IMG/VR virus record: IMGVR_UViG_3300037424_000161
Span: 1-51,291 of that record
Source of the DNA: a virus
Length of the DNA stretch: 51,291 nucleotides
Strand: one strand, 5' to 3'
The notes beneath the pieces were generated by a model. The model searched no databases, was not told the DNA's origin, and saw only the letters and a list, made by a program, of their open reading frames with translations. The translations under genes and the position numbers were made by a program. The stretch's first letter is position 1. The number at the start of each line of letters is the position of its first letter. Positions 7,208 to 16,361 of the stretch are shown piece after piece.

Positions 7208-8094
7208 TGTCTAAACATTCTCTAATCTGGAATCCATTATCTACTGTGGCTCCTACAACTCTTCCTCCGACGACGTTAGCTCCGACAACAATTCCTACAA
7301 CTTCAGCTCCAACAACTGTCGCTCCTACACTTCCTCCAACTACCCTTGCACCAACTACAGTTCCGACAACTCTCCCTCCTACTACCTTAACTCCAACTAC
7401 CCCAGCTCCAAGCGAAATTAAAGTATCTAAGGCTGTAGTATACTCTGTCCTAGGTCCTCCATACATAAGTGTTTCTAAATCGATCATTTATGCTGTAATA
7501 GAAGAAGTAGTACCTACAACTCTACCAACTACAGTCGCTCCGACTACTCTTCCATCTACATCTCCTCCTACGACTCTCGCTCCAACCACAGTACCAACTA
7601 CTACTGCTCCAACAACTTTGCCGACAACATCTCCATCTACTACAGAGGCTCCTACTACTCTAGCCCCTACAATTGTACCTACAACTCTTGCACCAACAGT
7701 ACTTCCTACTACTCTTCCACCTACAACCTTAGTTCCACCTACAACTCTAGCACCTACCGTTGCTCCAACTACTTTAGCTCCCACTATACCTCCTACAACG
7801 ATAGCTCCGACTACATTTCCTACAACTACTCCTCCGACCACAATAGCGCCTACCACTCACCTAACATCCTTAGCACCCACTACACCTTCCACAACAGGTG
7901 TACCAACAACAGTACTACCAACAACTATAACTCCGACAACCCTTACACCTACAACTTTCTTATCATTAGCTCCAACGACAGCTATACCTTATGTCATATG
8001 TGAGAAGGTATTCGACTCTCGTATTACTAACATATTACATCTAGTCTCATCTATCACTAAGGAGATCAAGTACAATGGACACCTTTGTGGGTGA
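7207..8094 (+). CDS. Pro-Thr-Thr repeat (mucin-like) protein
   Basis: GTG start overlapping the upstream stop. About 220 of 295 aa are x-P-T-T-[LVI] pentads (nt 7249-7410 and 7513-7980). These are split by VSKAVVYSVL/VSKSIIYAVI strands. Confidence 0.6.
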   Translation: MSKHSLIWNPLSTVAPTTLPPTTLAPTTIPTTSAPTTVAPTLPPTTLAPTTVPTTLPPTTLTPTTPAPSEIKVSKAVVYSVLGPPYISVSKSIIYAVIEEVVPTTLPTTVAPTTLPSTSPPTTLAPTTVPTTTAPTTLPTTSPSTTEAPTTLAPTIVPTTLAPTVLPTTLPPTTLVPPTTLAPTVAPTTLAPTIPPTTIAPTTFPTTTPPTTIAPTTHLTSLAPTTPSTTGVPTTVLPTTITPTTLTPTTFLSLAPTTAIPYVICEKVFDSRITNILHLVSSITKEIKYNGHLCG

Positions 8095-8464
8095 TACTCC
8101 AAGATTGGTTATCAAAACAGGTATTGATCTCTCTGGCTATGACACCTTATTGATAAAGTTTAGACGTCCTAATCATACATCAGGGTTTTGGACCGCTACC
8201 ATATATCCTACTAATAACACTTGGATGTACTATGACTTACTACCTACTGATCTTAACATACCAGGAATGTGGGCACTAGAAGCTCACGCTCATGATCCAG
8301 CATTACCAGGAGCTGTGACCGCCCATCTCCATGGTAAACCTTTTAATCTAGACATAGCTATGCCATTGACAGAGTCATCTTCACCTCCGACAACAATGGC
8401 ACCAACGACGACTATAACGACTTTGTCACCAACAACATTAGCGCCAACAACTTTGGCACCGTAG
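8075..8464 (+). CDS. Hypothetical structural protein with C-terminal PTT tag
   Basis: 129 aa ending SSSPPTTMAPTTTITTLSPTTLAPTTLAP (nt 8375-8461). Confidence 0.55.
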   Translation: MDTFVGDTPRLVIKTGIDLSGYDTLLIKFRRPNHTSGFWTATIYPTNNTWMYYDLLPTDLNIPGMWALEAHAHDPALPGAVTAHLHGKPFNLDIAMPLTESSSPPTTMAPTTTITTLSPTTLAPTTLAP

Positions 8465-8469
8465 GTATT

Positions 8470-9432
8470 ATGGCTATACTTTGGATGGGTGGAGAAGACA
8501 TAAGCTTTCCCAATGGAGCAAGTCCTCCAGTAGGTGTCACTACATCAGGATGGTTTAGAAGTAACTATGCCCGCTGTGCACTATCTATGGAGTTACATAC
8601 TGGATATAGTAAAGCATTTTCTGGTGGAGGTGTTACCTCGTGCTGGCTATCTGTGCGGTTTTATTTACTAAATGGTTACTATACTGCTCAGCGAAGTATA
8701 GGGCTTATTAAAAATAGTACTACCAATAGAGGAATATTCTTTGGGTGCCTTTCTGCCAATAAACTATCAATATTTAAGTATAATGGAACTACAGAGACTA
8801 CTCTAGTCACAGAGGTTGGTGCATCTGCAGTGGGACTAAATAAAATAGATATGCAGATCATTGACTATGGTGGATCTGGGACAGTTAATCTCTATGTTAA
8901 TGGCGTATTAGTTGCCACCTATACTGGTGATATTAGTGTTGATGGTGTAAGTGATTTAGATTCAGTCTGGCTCGGACCCAATGGAGCTGAAATTGCAGTA
9001 TCTGAGATTATAGTAGCTAGTACTGATACACGGGCTAAATCACTACGTACACATTCTATCACCGGTGCTGGAGATGCAAATGCTTGGCATGGAACATATG
9101 CAGATATTGATGAGGTTGCAATTAATGATGTAGATTTTGTATACTCAGATGCTGCAGCTGACGATATTCAGTGTGCCCTTGCAGACTCACCAGCCGGGAC
9201 ATTCGCTGTAGATGCAATTAAGGTCGAAGCCCGTGCTTGTATAGGTGCTGGTAGCCCTATTGATGTACTAAAACTCGGTGTTAAGCATGGCGGATCTATC
9301 GATGTAGACGCTGGACAGACTCTAGATGAATCGTGGAAGACTTACGAGAGAATGACAACGACTATTAACGCGAACCCTATTACGACAGCTATATTAGATG
9401 CAGCTCAGCTTAACCTTAGGTCTGCCGCATAG
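8470..9432 (+). CDS. Hypothetical structural protein (beta-rich, jelly-roll/LamG-like guess)
   Basis: 320 aa, beta-strand-rich composition, immediately upstream of portal. Confidence 0.55.
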   Translation: MAILWMGGEDISFPNGASPPVGVTTSGWFRSNYARCALSMELHTGYSKAFSGGGVTSCWLSVRFYLLNGYYTAQRSIGLIKNSTTNRGIFFGCLSANKLSIFKYNGTTETTLVTEVGASAVGLNKIDMQIIDYGGSGTVNLYVNGVLVATYTGDISVDGVSDLDSVWLGPNGAEIAVSEIIVASTDTRAKSLRTHSITGAGDANAWHGTYADIDEVAINDVDFVYSDAAADDIQCALADSPAGTFAVDAIKVEARACIGAGSPIDVLKLGVKHGGSIDVDAGQTLDESWKTYERMTTTINANPITTAILDAAQLNLRSAA

Positions 9433-9455
9433 ATCATATAAAATTTGAACGAACT
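9431..9455. repeat. 25-bp palindromic motif, copy 5
   Basis: agatcatataaaatttgaacgaact; overlaps the stop of 8470..9432 and lies 8 nt before portal ATG 9464. Confidence 0.9.
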
Positions 9456-9463
9456 GAGACCAT

Positions 9464-11428
9464 ATGCCATACATAGTGAAGGGTCAAATACCTCTATCAT
9501 GGAAAGATGATATTTATAGTAGGGAGAACTATGACTATAAATATCCTAATGGCCTAGACCTTAAGCCAGGATCTGAGTTTCACAATAAGTTACGTAACTA
9601 CATCTGGGAAAGGGCCTCTCAGTCACGTTGTGAGATTTCTAAACGCTTCGATTCGTGGAATAAGATAGATCAATCTCTCACTGTCTACATTCCTCTCAAG
9701 GATGAGGAAGAACTAATACAGGAAAAGGATACCTCCAAACCAGTCTCTATTATCTTCCCTTATTCCTACTCCATGCTCGAGGCACTTCTCACCTATCTCA
9801 CAATAGCGTTCTTTCAAGATCCTATGTTTCAATATGAGGGAGTTGAGGACAGCGATACAGTAGGCGCTATGCTGATGGAACTAGTCATCCATCTACACTG
9901 TGTTAAGAACAAAGTCCCTCTCAATGTCCATACAGTTCTTCGGGACTGTCTTGCCTACGGAGTAGGTATTGCTATTCCTGAGTGGAGTGAGCGTTGGGGA
10001 AGAAAGCCTGTCAAGAAACCCTCAATGACAGATTCTGCACTTGGAACACGGACTAACAATGAAGTATCAATGGTTTCCTCCATATTATTCGAAGGTAACT
10101 CACTCAGTAACATTGACCCCTACATGTGGCTTCCAGACCCCTCTGTATCAGCCAGCGAAATTCAGAAAGGTGAGTTCGTAGGATGGGTTGACCGCACTAA
10201 TTATATGAACCTACTAACAGAGGAAACCCAGAAAGATTCAAATCTTTTCAATGTAAAGTATCTCAAAGCTCGTAAGGACAAGCGCTCAATCCTAGCCCTC
10301 GACAATAGTGATCGCCAAACTCGTCATGGTGGATCTTCCGAACTCAATCGCTCAATGACAGATACTGTTAACCCAGTCGATCGCATCAGAATGTACGTAA
10401 CTCTCATTCCAAAGGATTGGAAACTAAGTACTGTTGAAGTCCCTGAAAAATGGTACTTTGAACTCGCTTGTGACGATGTAATTATCTCATGTATGAAAGC
10501 TGATCACAATCACGGTCTATATCCTCAGACAGTGGCAGCTCCTGAATACGATGGCTATTCCATAACTCCTATCGGCCGAATGGAGGTCCTCTATGGGCTC
10601 CAACACACTCTCGATTTCCTATTCAATTCCCATATTAGCAATGTGCGGAAAGCGATCAACGACATGCTTATTGTTGATCCCTACTTGGTCAATATCGAAG
10701 ATCTCAGAGATCCAAAACCTGGAAAGCTTATTAGACTTAGACGCCCTGCTTGGGGAAGAGGAGTTGACAAGGTTGTACAGCAACTTGCAGTCACAGACAT
10801 TACGAGACTCAATATTGCAGACAGCGCATACATAACTCAGTGGATGGACAGAGTAAGTGGTGCTGATCAGTCAATGCAGGGTGCACTAAGGATGAGTGGA
10901 CCTGAGCGATTGACTTCGAGTGAATTTCAAGGAACACGAGGTTCAGCTATCTCTCGCCTCCAACGTATTGCAATGCTTATCGGTATGCAGTCGATGCAGG
11001 ATATAGGGACAATGTTCGCTGTTCATGCACAGCAGTACATGAAGCAGGAAACCTATGTTAAAATAGTAGGACGTTACGCTGATCAGTTACAACAGACTTT
11101 TGGGAAGAAGACAAGAGTACCTGTTACACCTTATGACCTAGCAATTAACTATGACTTAATAGTAAGAGATGGCTCAATCCCGGGAGGTAACTTCTCCTCC
11201 TCTTGGATTGATCTCTTCAAAGTTATAGGTACTACACCTGAGCTAATGCAACAGTTCGATGTAACTCGGATCTTCATGTATATAGCCCAGCAACTTGGTG
11301 CTAAGAACGTAGAGGACTTCCGTCGTAACCTTAACAACATCAATGCTGTATCAATGCCTGATGAGGCAGTATCTCGTGGAGTTGAGGCAGGTAATCTAGT
11401 CCCCGCGATGCCAGGAGGAGTACAGTAA
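9464..11428 (+). CDS. Portal protein
   Basis: 654 aa. Size and position (upstream of scaffold-like and capsid genes) fit a portal. No catalytic motif is available to confirm. Confidence 0.7.
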   Translation: MPYIVKGQIPLSWKDDIYSRENYDYKYPNGLDLKPGSEFHNKLRNYIWERASQSRCEISKRFDSWNKIDQSLTVYIPLKDEEELIQEKDTSKPVSIIFPYSYSMLEALLTYLTIAFFQDPMFQYEGVEDSDTVGAMLMELVIHLHCVKNKVPLNVHTVLRDCLAYGVGIAIPEWSERWGRKPVKKPSMTDSALGTRTNNEVSMVSSILFEGNSLSNIDPYMWLPDPSVSASEIQKGEFVGWVDRTNYMNLLTEETQKDSNLFNVKYLKARKDKRSILALDNSDRQTRHGGSSELNRSMTDTVNPVDRIRMYVTLIPKDWKLSTVEVPEKWYFELACDDVIISCMKADHNHGLYPQTVAAPEYDGYSITPIGRMEVLYGLQHTLDFLFNSHISNVRKAINDMLIVDPYLVNIEDLRDPKPGKLIRLRRPAWGRGVDKVVQQLAVTDITRLNIADSAYITQWMDRVSGADQSMQGALRMSGPERLTSSEFQGTRGSAISRLQRIAMLIGMQSMQDIGTMFAVHAQQYMKQETYVKIVGRYADQLQQTFGKKTRVPVTPYDLAINYDLIVRDGSIPGGNFSSSWIDLFKVIGTTPELMQQFDVTRIFMYIAQQLGAKNVEDFRRNLNNINAVSMPDEAVSRGVEAGNLVPAMPGGVQ

Positions 11429-11724
11429 TGTCTGAGCCACTTGAAGAAGTCCAACTCCATTGTACTAAAGATCAACTAAACGATTTCAAAGAATCTGTCC
11501 TTTGGAAGGATATAACAACTGAACTCGAAGCTTGGTCCGAGGGATTCAAACGTGAGATGCTCTCCATCGTAGATGACAGTGCAACTGAAAATCCATCAAC
11601 AGCTTCTGTCCTCCTCCATATGGGCGATCTTAATGGGAGACAGAAGGCAGTTAACTATTTCTTAACCCTTCCAGATGTCTTCTTAGGCATCTTGGAATCC
11701 CGTAACAAACAAACTGGAGGTTAG
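11428..11724 (+). CDS. Hypothetical protein
   Basis: 98 aa; ATG overlaps the portal stop (TAATG). Confidence 0.55.
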   Translation: MSEPLEEVQLHCTKDQLNDFKESVLWKDITTELEAWSEGFKREMLSIVDDSATENPSTASVLLHMGDLNGRQKAVNYFLTLPDVFLGILESRNKQTGG

Positions 11725-11727
11725 CCA

Positions 11728-12612
11728 ATGAGTACTACAAGTCAAGATGTTCAGAATGAACTGGCTGCAATGAACAAGTCACTCACTGAACAAATTACTG
11801 TTAGTGAACTGGTCGAGGATAAAAAAGATGACAAACGCACTGATGTTACAGATACAGTCGCTGAACCTTCATCTACTGACAAGCCTGCAGAGAAAGTACG
11901 TGAGACACCAGCTGATAAGGTACGCGAAACTCCATCCGACGTGGATGATGTCGTTGTAGAAGATAAGAAAGAACCAGAACCAGAACCTGACGAGAAAGAC
12001 AAAACCATAGCAGATCTTCGAGCTAAACTGGCCGAGTCCGAAGCTAAACCAAAAGTTGAGACTAAACCTGAAGTCAGGTCTGAGGTTAAGGAAACCACCC
12101 CTGAACCTATCGAACAAGACTTCATCGGTGAACTAGATGTTGATGAACTTACGCGCGACCCTAAGGAATTCAACAGGCTCCTCAACAAAGTCTATCGTCA
12201 GGCATCAAAGGACACTCGGGAAAGTGTTATGAGCACTCTCCCTGATATAGTAAAATCTAACATCGCAATTATGGAGGATCTTAAGAAGGCCAGTGAGCAA
12301 TTCTATACAGATAATTCTGACCTAGCGCCTTTCAAGAAAGTTGTAGCGACTGTGTTTGAAGAACTAGTTGCTGCTAACCCTAACAAACCTTATGGTGACC
12401 TTATTAAAGATGTCGGACCTGATGTGCGTAAGCGATTGGGCCTCCCAGAAAAGACATCTTCTAATAAACAGCCTGAGGACAAATCTAACAAATCAGATAA
12501 TCCTCCCAGACTACCTCATAAGGGTGGTAAGGCTGGACGTGTAAGTGATACACCATCAGTTAACCCTCTCCAATCTGAAATTGGGGAGATGAACAAAACC
12601 CTAGGGAGATAA
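11728..12612 (+). CDS. Scaffolding-like protein
   Basis: 294 aa, highly charged (K/E/D) low-complexity sequence with tandem KVRETP[AS]D. GGAGG upstream. Sits between portal and capsid. Confidence 0.55.
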   Translation: MSTTSQDVQNELAAMNKSLTEQITVSELVEDKKDDKRTDVTDTVAEPSSTDKPAEKVRETPADKVRETPSDVDDVVVEDKKEPEPEPDEKDKTIADLRAKLAESEAKPKVETKPEVRSEVKETTPEPIEQDFIGELDVDELTRDPKEFNRLLNKVYRQASKDTRESVMSTLPDIVKSNIAIMEDLKKASEQFYTDNSDLAPFKKVVATVFEELVAANPNKPYGDLIKDVGPDVRKRLGLPEKTSSNKQPEDKSNKSDNPPRLPHKGGKAGRVSDTPSVNPLQSEIGEMNKTLGR

Positions 12613-12617
12613 CCTTT

Positions 12618-13070
12618 ATGGGACTTGAACAGAATAACGAACAGCACTACCGGGAGGTGGTCGATAAGTTCGTTGACATCAATGAGGATTACCAGATGTC
12701 AACGAGGGACTATGTGGTTCGCCCCTCGGCTCATGACCCTCTCAATCAGGCAATCGCTCTTACATTGCCCCCTGTGGCAGAAGCAGTTGGACGCTTCTAC
12801 TCCATCATTTCTCGTGGAGCTGACGCAGTCAATACTATCACTATTCACGACAGACATGATTCAGAATGCTGGACTGCTGACATTGTGATGAATAGCAAGT
12901 GCGACCGTGTACTTATGTACAGCGATGGACTCTGCTGGCATGCACTAACATCCGAATCAGTTGGTGATTGGCCTGGTCAGACTACCAGGGCTCCTGGAAC
13001 TGCGAGACCTACTACACTGGCTCCTACTACACTAGGGCAAACAACTGAGGCGCCAACTACTGCTCCTTAG
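12618..13070 (+). CDS. Hypothetical head-associated protein with C-terminal PTT tag
   Basis: 150 aa ending GQTTRAPGTARPTTLAPTTLGQTTEAPTTAP (nt 12975-13067). Located directly upstream of the capsid gene. Confidence 0.55.
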   Translation: MGLEQNNEQHYREVVDKFVDINEDYQMSTRDYVVRPSAHDPLNQAIALTLPPVAEAVGRFYSIISRGADAVNTITIHDRHDSECWTADIVMNSKCDRVLMYSDGLCWHALTSESVGDWPGQTTRAPGTARPTTLAPTTLGQTTEAPTTAP

Positions 13071-13081
13071 TGGTTATTAAC

Positions 13082-13106
13082 AGTTTGCTTAAAATTCAAA
13101 CGAACT
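13082..13106. repeat. 25-bp palindromic motif, copy 6
   Basis: agtttgcttaaaattcaaacgaact; 19 nt upstream of capsid ATG 13126, with GAGG in between. Confidence 0.85.
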
Positions 13107-13125
13107 TTTTCACGAGGTAACTAAT

Positions 13126-13279
13126 ATGTTTCTTGGAATGAGAGGTAATGACGACTGGGTGGTCGATCAGCGACCACTCAATTGGAGACAACAAATCCTA
13201 TATCTTTACCCTAATGGGATGGCTCCATTAACTGCCATTCTGTCTATGATGGGATCTGAGAAAGTAGATGATCCTCAGT
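13126..13279 (+). CDS. Major capsid protein, exon 1
   Basis: Translates MFLGMRGNDDWVVDQRPLNWRQQILYLYPNGMAPLTAILSMMGSEKVDDPQ. This resembles the N-terminus of HK97-fold podovirus capsid proteins, but the frame stops 6 codons later unless spliced. Confidence 0.7.
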
Positions 13280-14135
13280 CAATTAGAGGCTGCTTGTAGA
13301 GGAAACTTTACAATGAAAACAGTGAGAATTGCTGGAACTCCCTTAGAGCCTTCATCACCAGAGAGTGAAAGTATGCAGGATTGGGAAATCAGCAGCGAAA
13401 GCTACATGAACCTACAAAGATTTGTAGACAAAACAGCCTATTCGGTAGGCGCTATTCTAGGCGATGGTAGTATGAGATACGTTCCTAGTTATGGAAATGG
13501 TTCTTGGTATTCGATTGAGTTATCTTGTATGGATATAGAAATTATCAAGAGATTTCAGTATGAGATGCATACTACTTTTGGTAAGGACTATACTATTCAT
13601 ACTAAGAAACTCGATAGTGGAGTAGACTTCTACACTATAAGAACTAGCTCAAAGCATATTCATCATTACTTCTATAATCTTACCAACGGAAAGACTGAGA
13701 TTCCAGTGGAGATTATTAGAAGTTCAGATGATGTTAAGAAAGCTCTTGTAGCTGGTTTAATGGATACTGATGGAACTGTTAAACTTAACGAAACCTGGAA
13801 TGGATCAAAAACTAACAAAAATCCTAGATGGCAACTTGGCTTTGCTAATACTGAGATTAAGATAGTTGAATCGCTAGCGTCGCTACTAACCTCTATGAAG
13901 GTTAAAGTTGGTAGTATGCAAACTACGAAAAGAGGGAGTTATAGGACTATCTATAATATCTTTCCCAACATTCGTAGCTTTATTGATGCTGGATTCTATT
14001 TTCAGGCTCAGAGAAAGCAAAATAGGCTTAATGATTATCTTGTTCATGTATCTGGTTCAGAGACTATGCACACTGCATCCGTGACATCGGATGATGATAT
14101 AGTCCGAGCTTAGGTAAAAGCCTAAGAACTACTCG
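13280..14135 (+). mobile_element. Probable group I intron carrying a LAGLIDADG homing endonuclease
   Basis: 856 nt separate two capsid fragments lying in different frames. The exon ends in T (13279) and the insert ends in G (14135). Joining gives DDPQ-F-HWWTQ and a 1326-nt (442-codon) ORF. Confidence 0.65.
13313..14113 (+). CDS. LAGLIDADG homing endonuclease (double-motif)
   Basis: Two LAGLIDADG-type motifs, VGAILGDGSM and VAGLMDTDGT. The ORF is open from 13268; the start is uncertain (ATGs at 13268, 13313 and further downstream). Confidence 0.8.
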   Translation: MKTVRIAGTPLEPSSPESESMQDWEISSESYMNLQRFVDKTAYSVGAILGDGSMRYVPSYGNGSWYSIELSCMDIEIIKRFQYEMHTTFGKDYTIHTKKLDSGVDFYTIRTSSKHIHHYFYNLTNGKTEIPVEIIRSSDDVKKALVAGLMDTDGTVKLNETWNGSKTNKNPRWQLGFANTEIKIVESLASLLTSMKVKVGSMQTTKRGSYRTIYNIFPNIRSFIDAGFYFQAQRKQNRLNDYLVHVSGSETMHTASVTSDDDIVRA

Positions 14136-15307
14136 TTCATTGGTGGACCCAGTCACAGACAGCTGTAGCTGGTCTCGTTCAGGGTGTTTATACCTTACCT
14201 GATTGCTCTGTTGCATACGTTACTGGTGGAGTGGCCGGGACTGTTCTCTATGTCCTCATAACTACCGCCCTCGGTAATCGTATCCGGGAAGGCCATCAGA
14301 TCCTCCTTCGTTGCTCTACTGACTGGTCAGTAGATGTAGTTGGTAAGGTCACCGGCTGTGCTCGTGGTGGAGTTAATACAGTCCTTGCAGTCAAACTGCT
14401 TGAAGCTGACGATAACTCTATTACGATTCCTGCCCATGACCTGAGTGATTGCGACACCTTTGGCATCATCGGTAACATCAACCCTGAGGGTGGTGAGATG
14501 CCTGATGCAATCGCTCTGAATCCTACTAAGGTATACAACTACACCCAGATCTTCCGTACTCCACTTTCCATTACTCGTACTGCCAAAAAGACTCGTCTTC
14601 GCACTGGCGATCAGTATCAGAAGGCTAAGTCTGAAGCACTCGAGATGCACTCTTGGGAAATGGAGTTGGCGTTCCTCTGGGGTATTCGCACTGAGAACAT
14701 CGGTGACAATGGTAAGCCTGAACGCACCACTATGGGTGTGATCAACTTCATTCGTCAGTTTGCGGCGACAAACTGCGATGATTACACGCTCAATCCCACC
14801 TACGCTGGTGTAGCTTGGCTCACTGGTGGTGAAACCTGGCTTAAGACCATGCTAGAGCAGATCTTCCGCTTCGGTGCCGAAGAGAAACTCTGTCTCTGTG
14901 GATCCGGCTTCTTGCTCGGTATCGACGCTCTCGCTAGTGTCAATGGCTATATCAACCTTTCCGTCGGTCAAAAGGCTTACGGAATGCAGATTCGCTCGTG
15001 GCTTACGCCCTTCGGCACTATTCACATGAAGACTCATCCACTGTTCAGCTTTGCTGCTACAACTCGTAACATGGGAGTTATTCTTGAGCCGAAGGAACTT
15101 ACCTACCGCTACATTGACGATACTTCGTTCTACAGCGAAACGTCTAACAAGACTCATCCTGAAGGCTATGGCAATCGTCGACTTGATGGTACTAATGAGG
15201 AGTTCCTTACTGAGTGTGGACTTGAGTTTGGTCTGCCTCAGAAGTGCGCTGTGCTCAACGGTGTTGGTCTGGATAGTGCTTTAGCGGCGCCGACTACGGC
15301 TCCGTAG
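14136..15307 (+). CDS. Major capsid protein, exon 2
   Basis: The frame is open from 14126, well upstream of the ORF-track GTG 14231. Begins (F)HWWTQSQTAVAGL, contains NYTQIFRTPLSITRTAKKTRLRTGD, and ends in a short PTT tag ALAAPTTAP. Confidence 0.75.
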
Positions 15308-15364
15308 GCTAACCTCCTACAGACCAGCTAACGACTGGAGAGGTAGTGCCCATTCTGCCTCTCC

Positions 15365-15389
15365 AGTTCGTTCAAAATTTCAACGATCT
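15365..15389. repeat. 25-bp palindromic motif, copy 7
   Basis: agttcgttcaaaatttcaacgatct; 9 nt upstream of ATG 15399. Confidence 0.85.
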
Positions 15390-15398
15390 TGGTGACAT

Positions 15399-16121
15399 AT
15401 GGACTTACGTGAGATTCGAACAAAGTTCCGTGACCTCTCTGGTCGCTACGATCTCGTCAATGATGACTTCAGTGATAACGGGGCTGACTTCTTCATTAAT
15501 GAGGCTAGTAAGTGGCTTGACAAGACCGTTGAGACAACTAAGTCCTGGGGCTCGTATATGATAGAGAGACCTACAGGAGTCTGGTATGTGAAGTTTCCAC
15601 TCGCCCGTGCTATCAAAGAAGTATGGATTTCAACCGTCGAGGGTAGATGGCAACTTGAGAAAATCCGTCTACAGGACCTCATAGCATCTTATTTCTCTGG
15701 CACTCCTGCAACCCTAGTCAATGGGTCACCTGAGTACTATAGTCCATTAGTTACCAGACATATACCAGAAACTATTACTCCAGTCCAGTTAGCAGCCTTT
15801 GCTGCCTATGTAGGTGTAATCCCTAGTATGGCTCATGACTACAACGCAATCATTATGTCTGCTCCAGTTGATCAAGCTACATTGGTTGAAATAGTTGGAT
15901 TATTTTACTCTATGGAGCTGACTGCAGACAAGGATGAAAACTACTGGAGTAAGACTAACCCACTAATGTTAATCGAAGCCACTATACGGCAGACTTATAT
16001 TCTTAGTGGTAATAAACCTATGTTGGATGTACTAGATCGTGGAATAGATGGAGACCTTACTCGACTTGATAAGGATCTGGTCGAACAGATCTCTGCCGAA
16101 GTTGATGAGATGGAAGGGTAA
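15399..16121 (+). CDS. Hypothetical structural protein (head-tail adaptor/tail tubular A-like by position)
   Basis: 240 aa, first gene after the capsid. Preferred over the overlapping ORF 15346..15561, which runs through the palindrome. Confidence 0.55.
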   Translation: MDLREIRTKFRDLSGRYDLVNDDFSDNGADFFINEASKWLDKTVETTKSWGSYMIERPTGVWYVKFPLARAIKEVWISTVEGRWQLEKIRLQDLIASYFSGTPATLVNGSPEYYSPLVTRHIPETITPVQLAAFAAYVGVIPSMAHDYNAIIMSAPVDQATLVEIVGLFYSMELTADKDENYWSKTNPLMLIEATIRQTYILSGNKPMLDVLDRGIDGDLTRLDKDLVEQISAEVDEMEG

Positions 16122-16178
16122 TGAGATTCATCTACAAGCACGGTCGTTGAGGACATTGTGCTCCTCAGTTGAGGGGGA

Positions 16179-16361
16179 ATGAAAATGCTCTGGACAAGGC
16201 AGCAGGTAAAGTATCTATTGTCAAAAGGATCTCCACTGACAGCAGAGCAGAAGTCAAAGATGAAGGGCGAACTTCACGCAAATCCTCAGATGGGGCACAA
16301 GAAGAAGAAACATCACTCAGCAAATGATGGAAAGTTTATTGATGATAGGAGACATCTATGA
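16179..16361 (+). CDS. Small basic hypothetical protein
   Basis: 60 aa; GAGGGGGA immediately upstream; ATGA overlap with the next gene. Confidence 0.5.
   Translation: MKMLWTRQQVKYLLSKGSPLTAEQKSKMKGELHANPQMGHKKKKHHSANDGKFIDDRRHL

Noticed and set aside
7143-7856. Minus-strand ORFs 7143..7487 and 7488..7856 (V/G-rich), and likewise 19798..19989
   Set aside because: They are the antisense reading of the ACN-CCN Pro-Thr-Thr repeats. They have no RBS, oppose the operon direction, and their VVG composition mirrors the sense-strand repeat.
7249-7980. Possible CRISPR array or DGR variable region, given the 15-nt periodic repeats
   Set aside because: The repeats are in-frame coding pentads with no constant-repeat/unique-spacer structure. 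No cas genes, reverse transcriptase or template repeat are present anywhere in the window.
13268-14113. Intein interpretation of the LAGLIDADG ORF in the capsid gene
   Set aside because: The endonuclease ORF is in a different frame from exon 1, and stop codons (13297-13299, 14111-14113, 14123-14125) separate it from both capsid parts. Protein splicing is therefore impossible.
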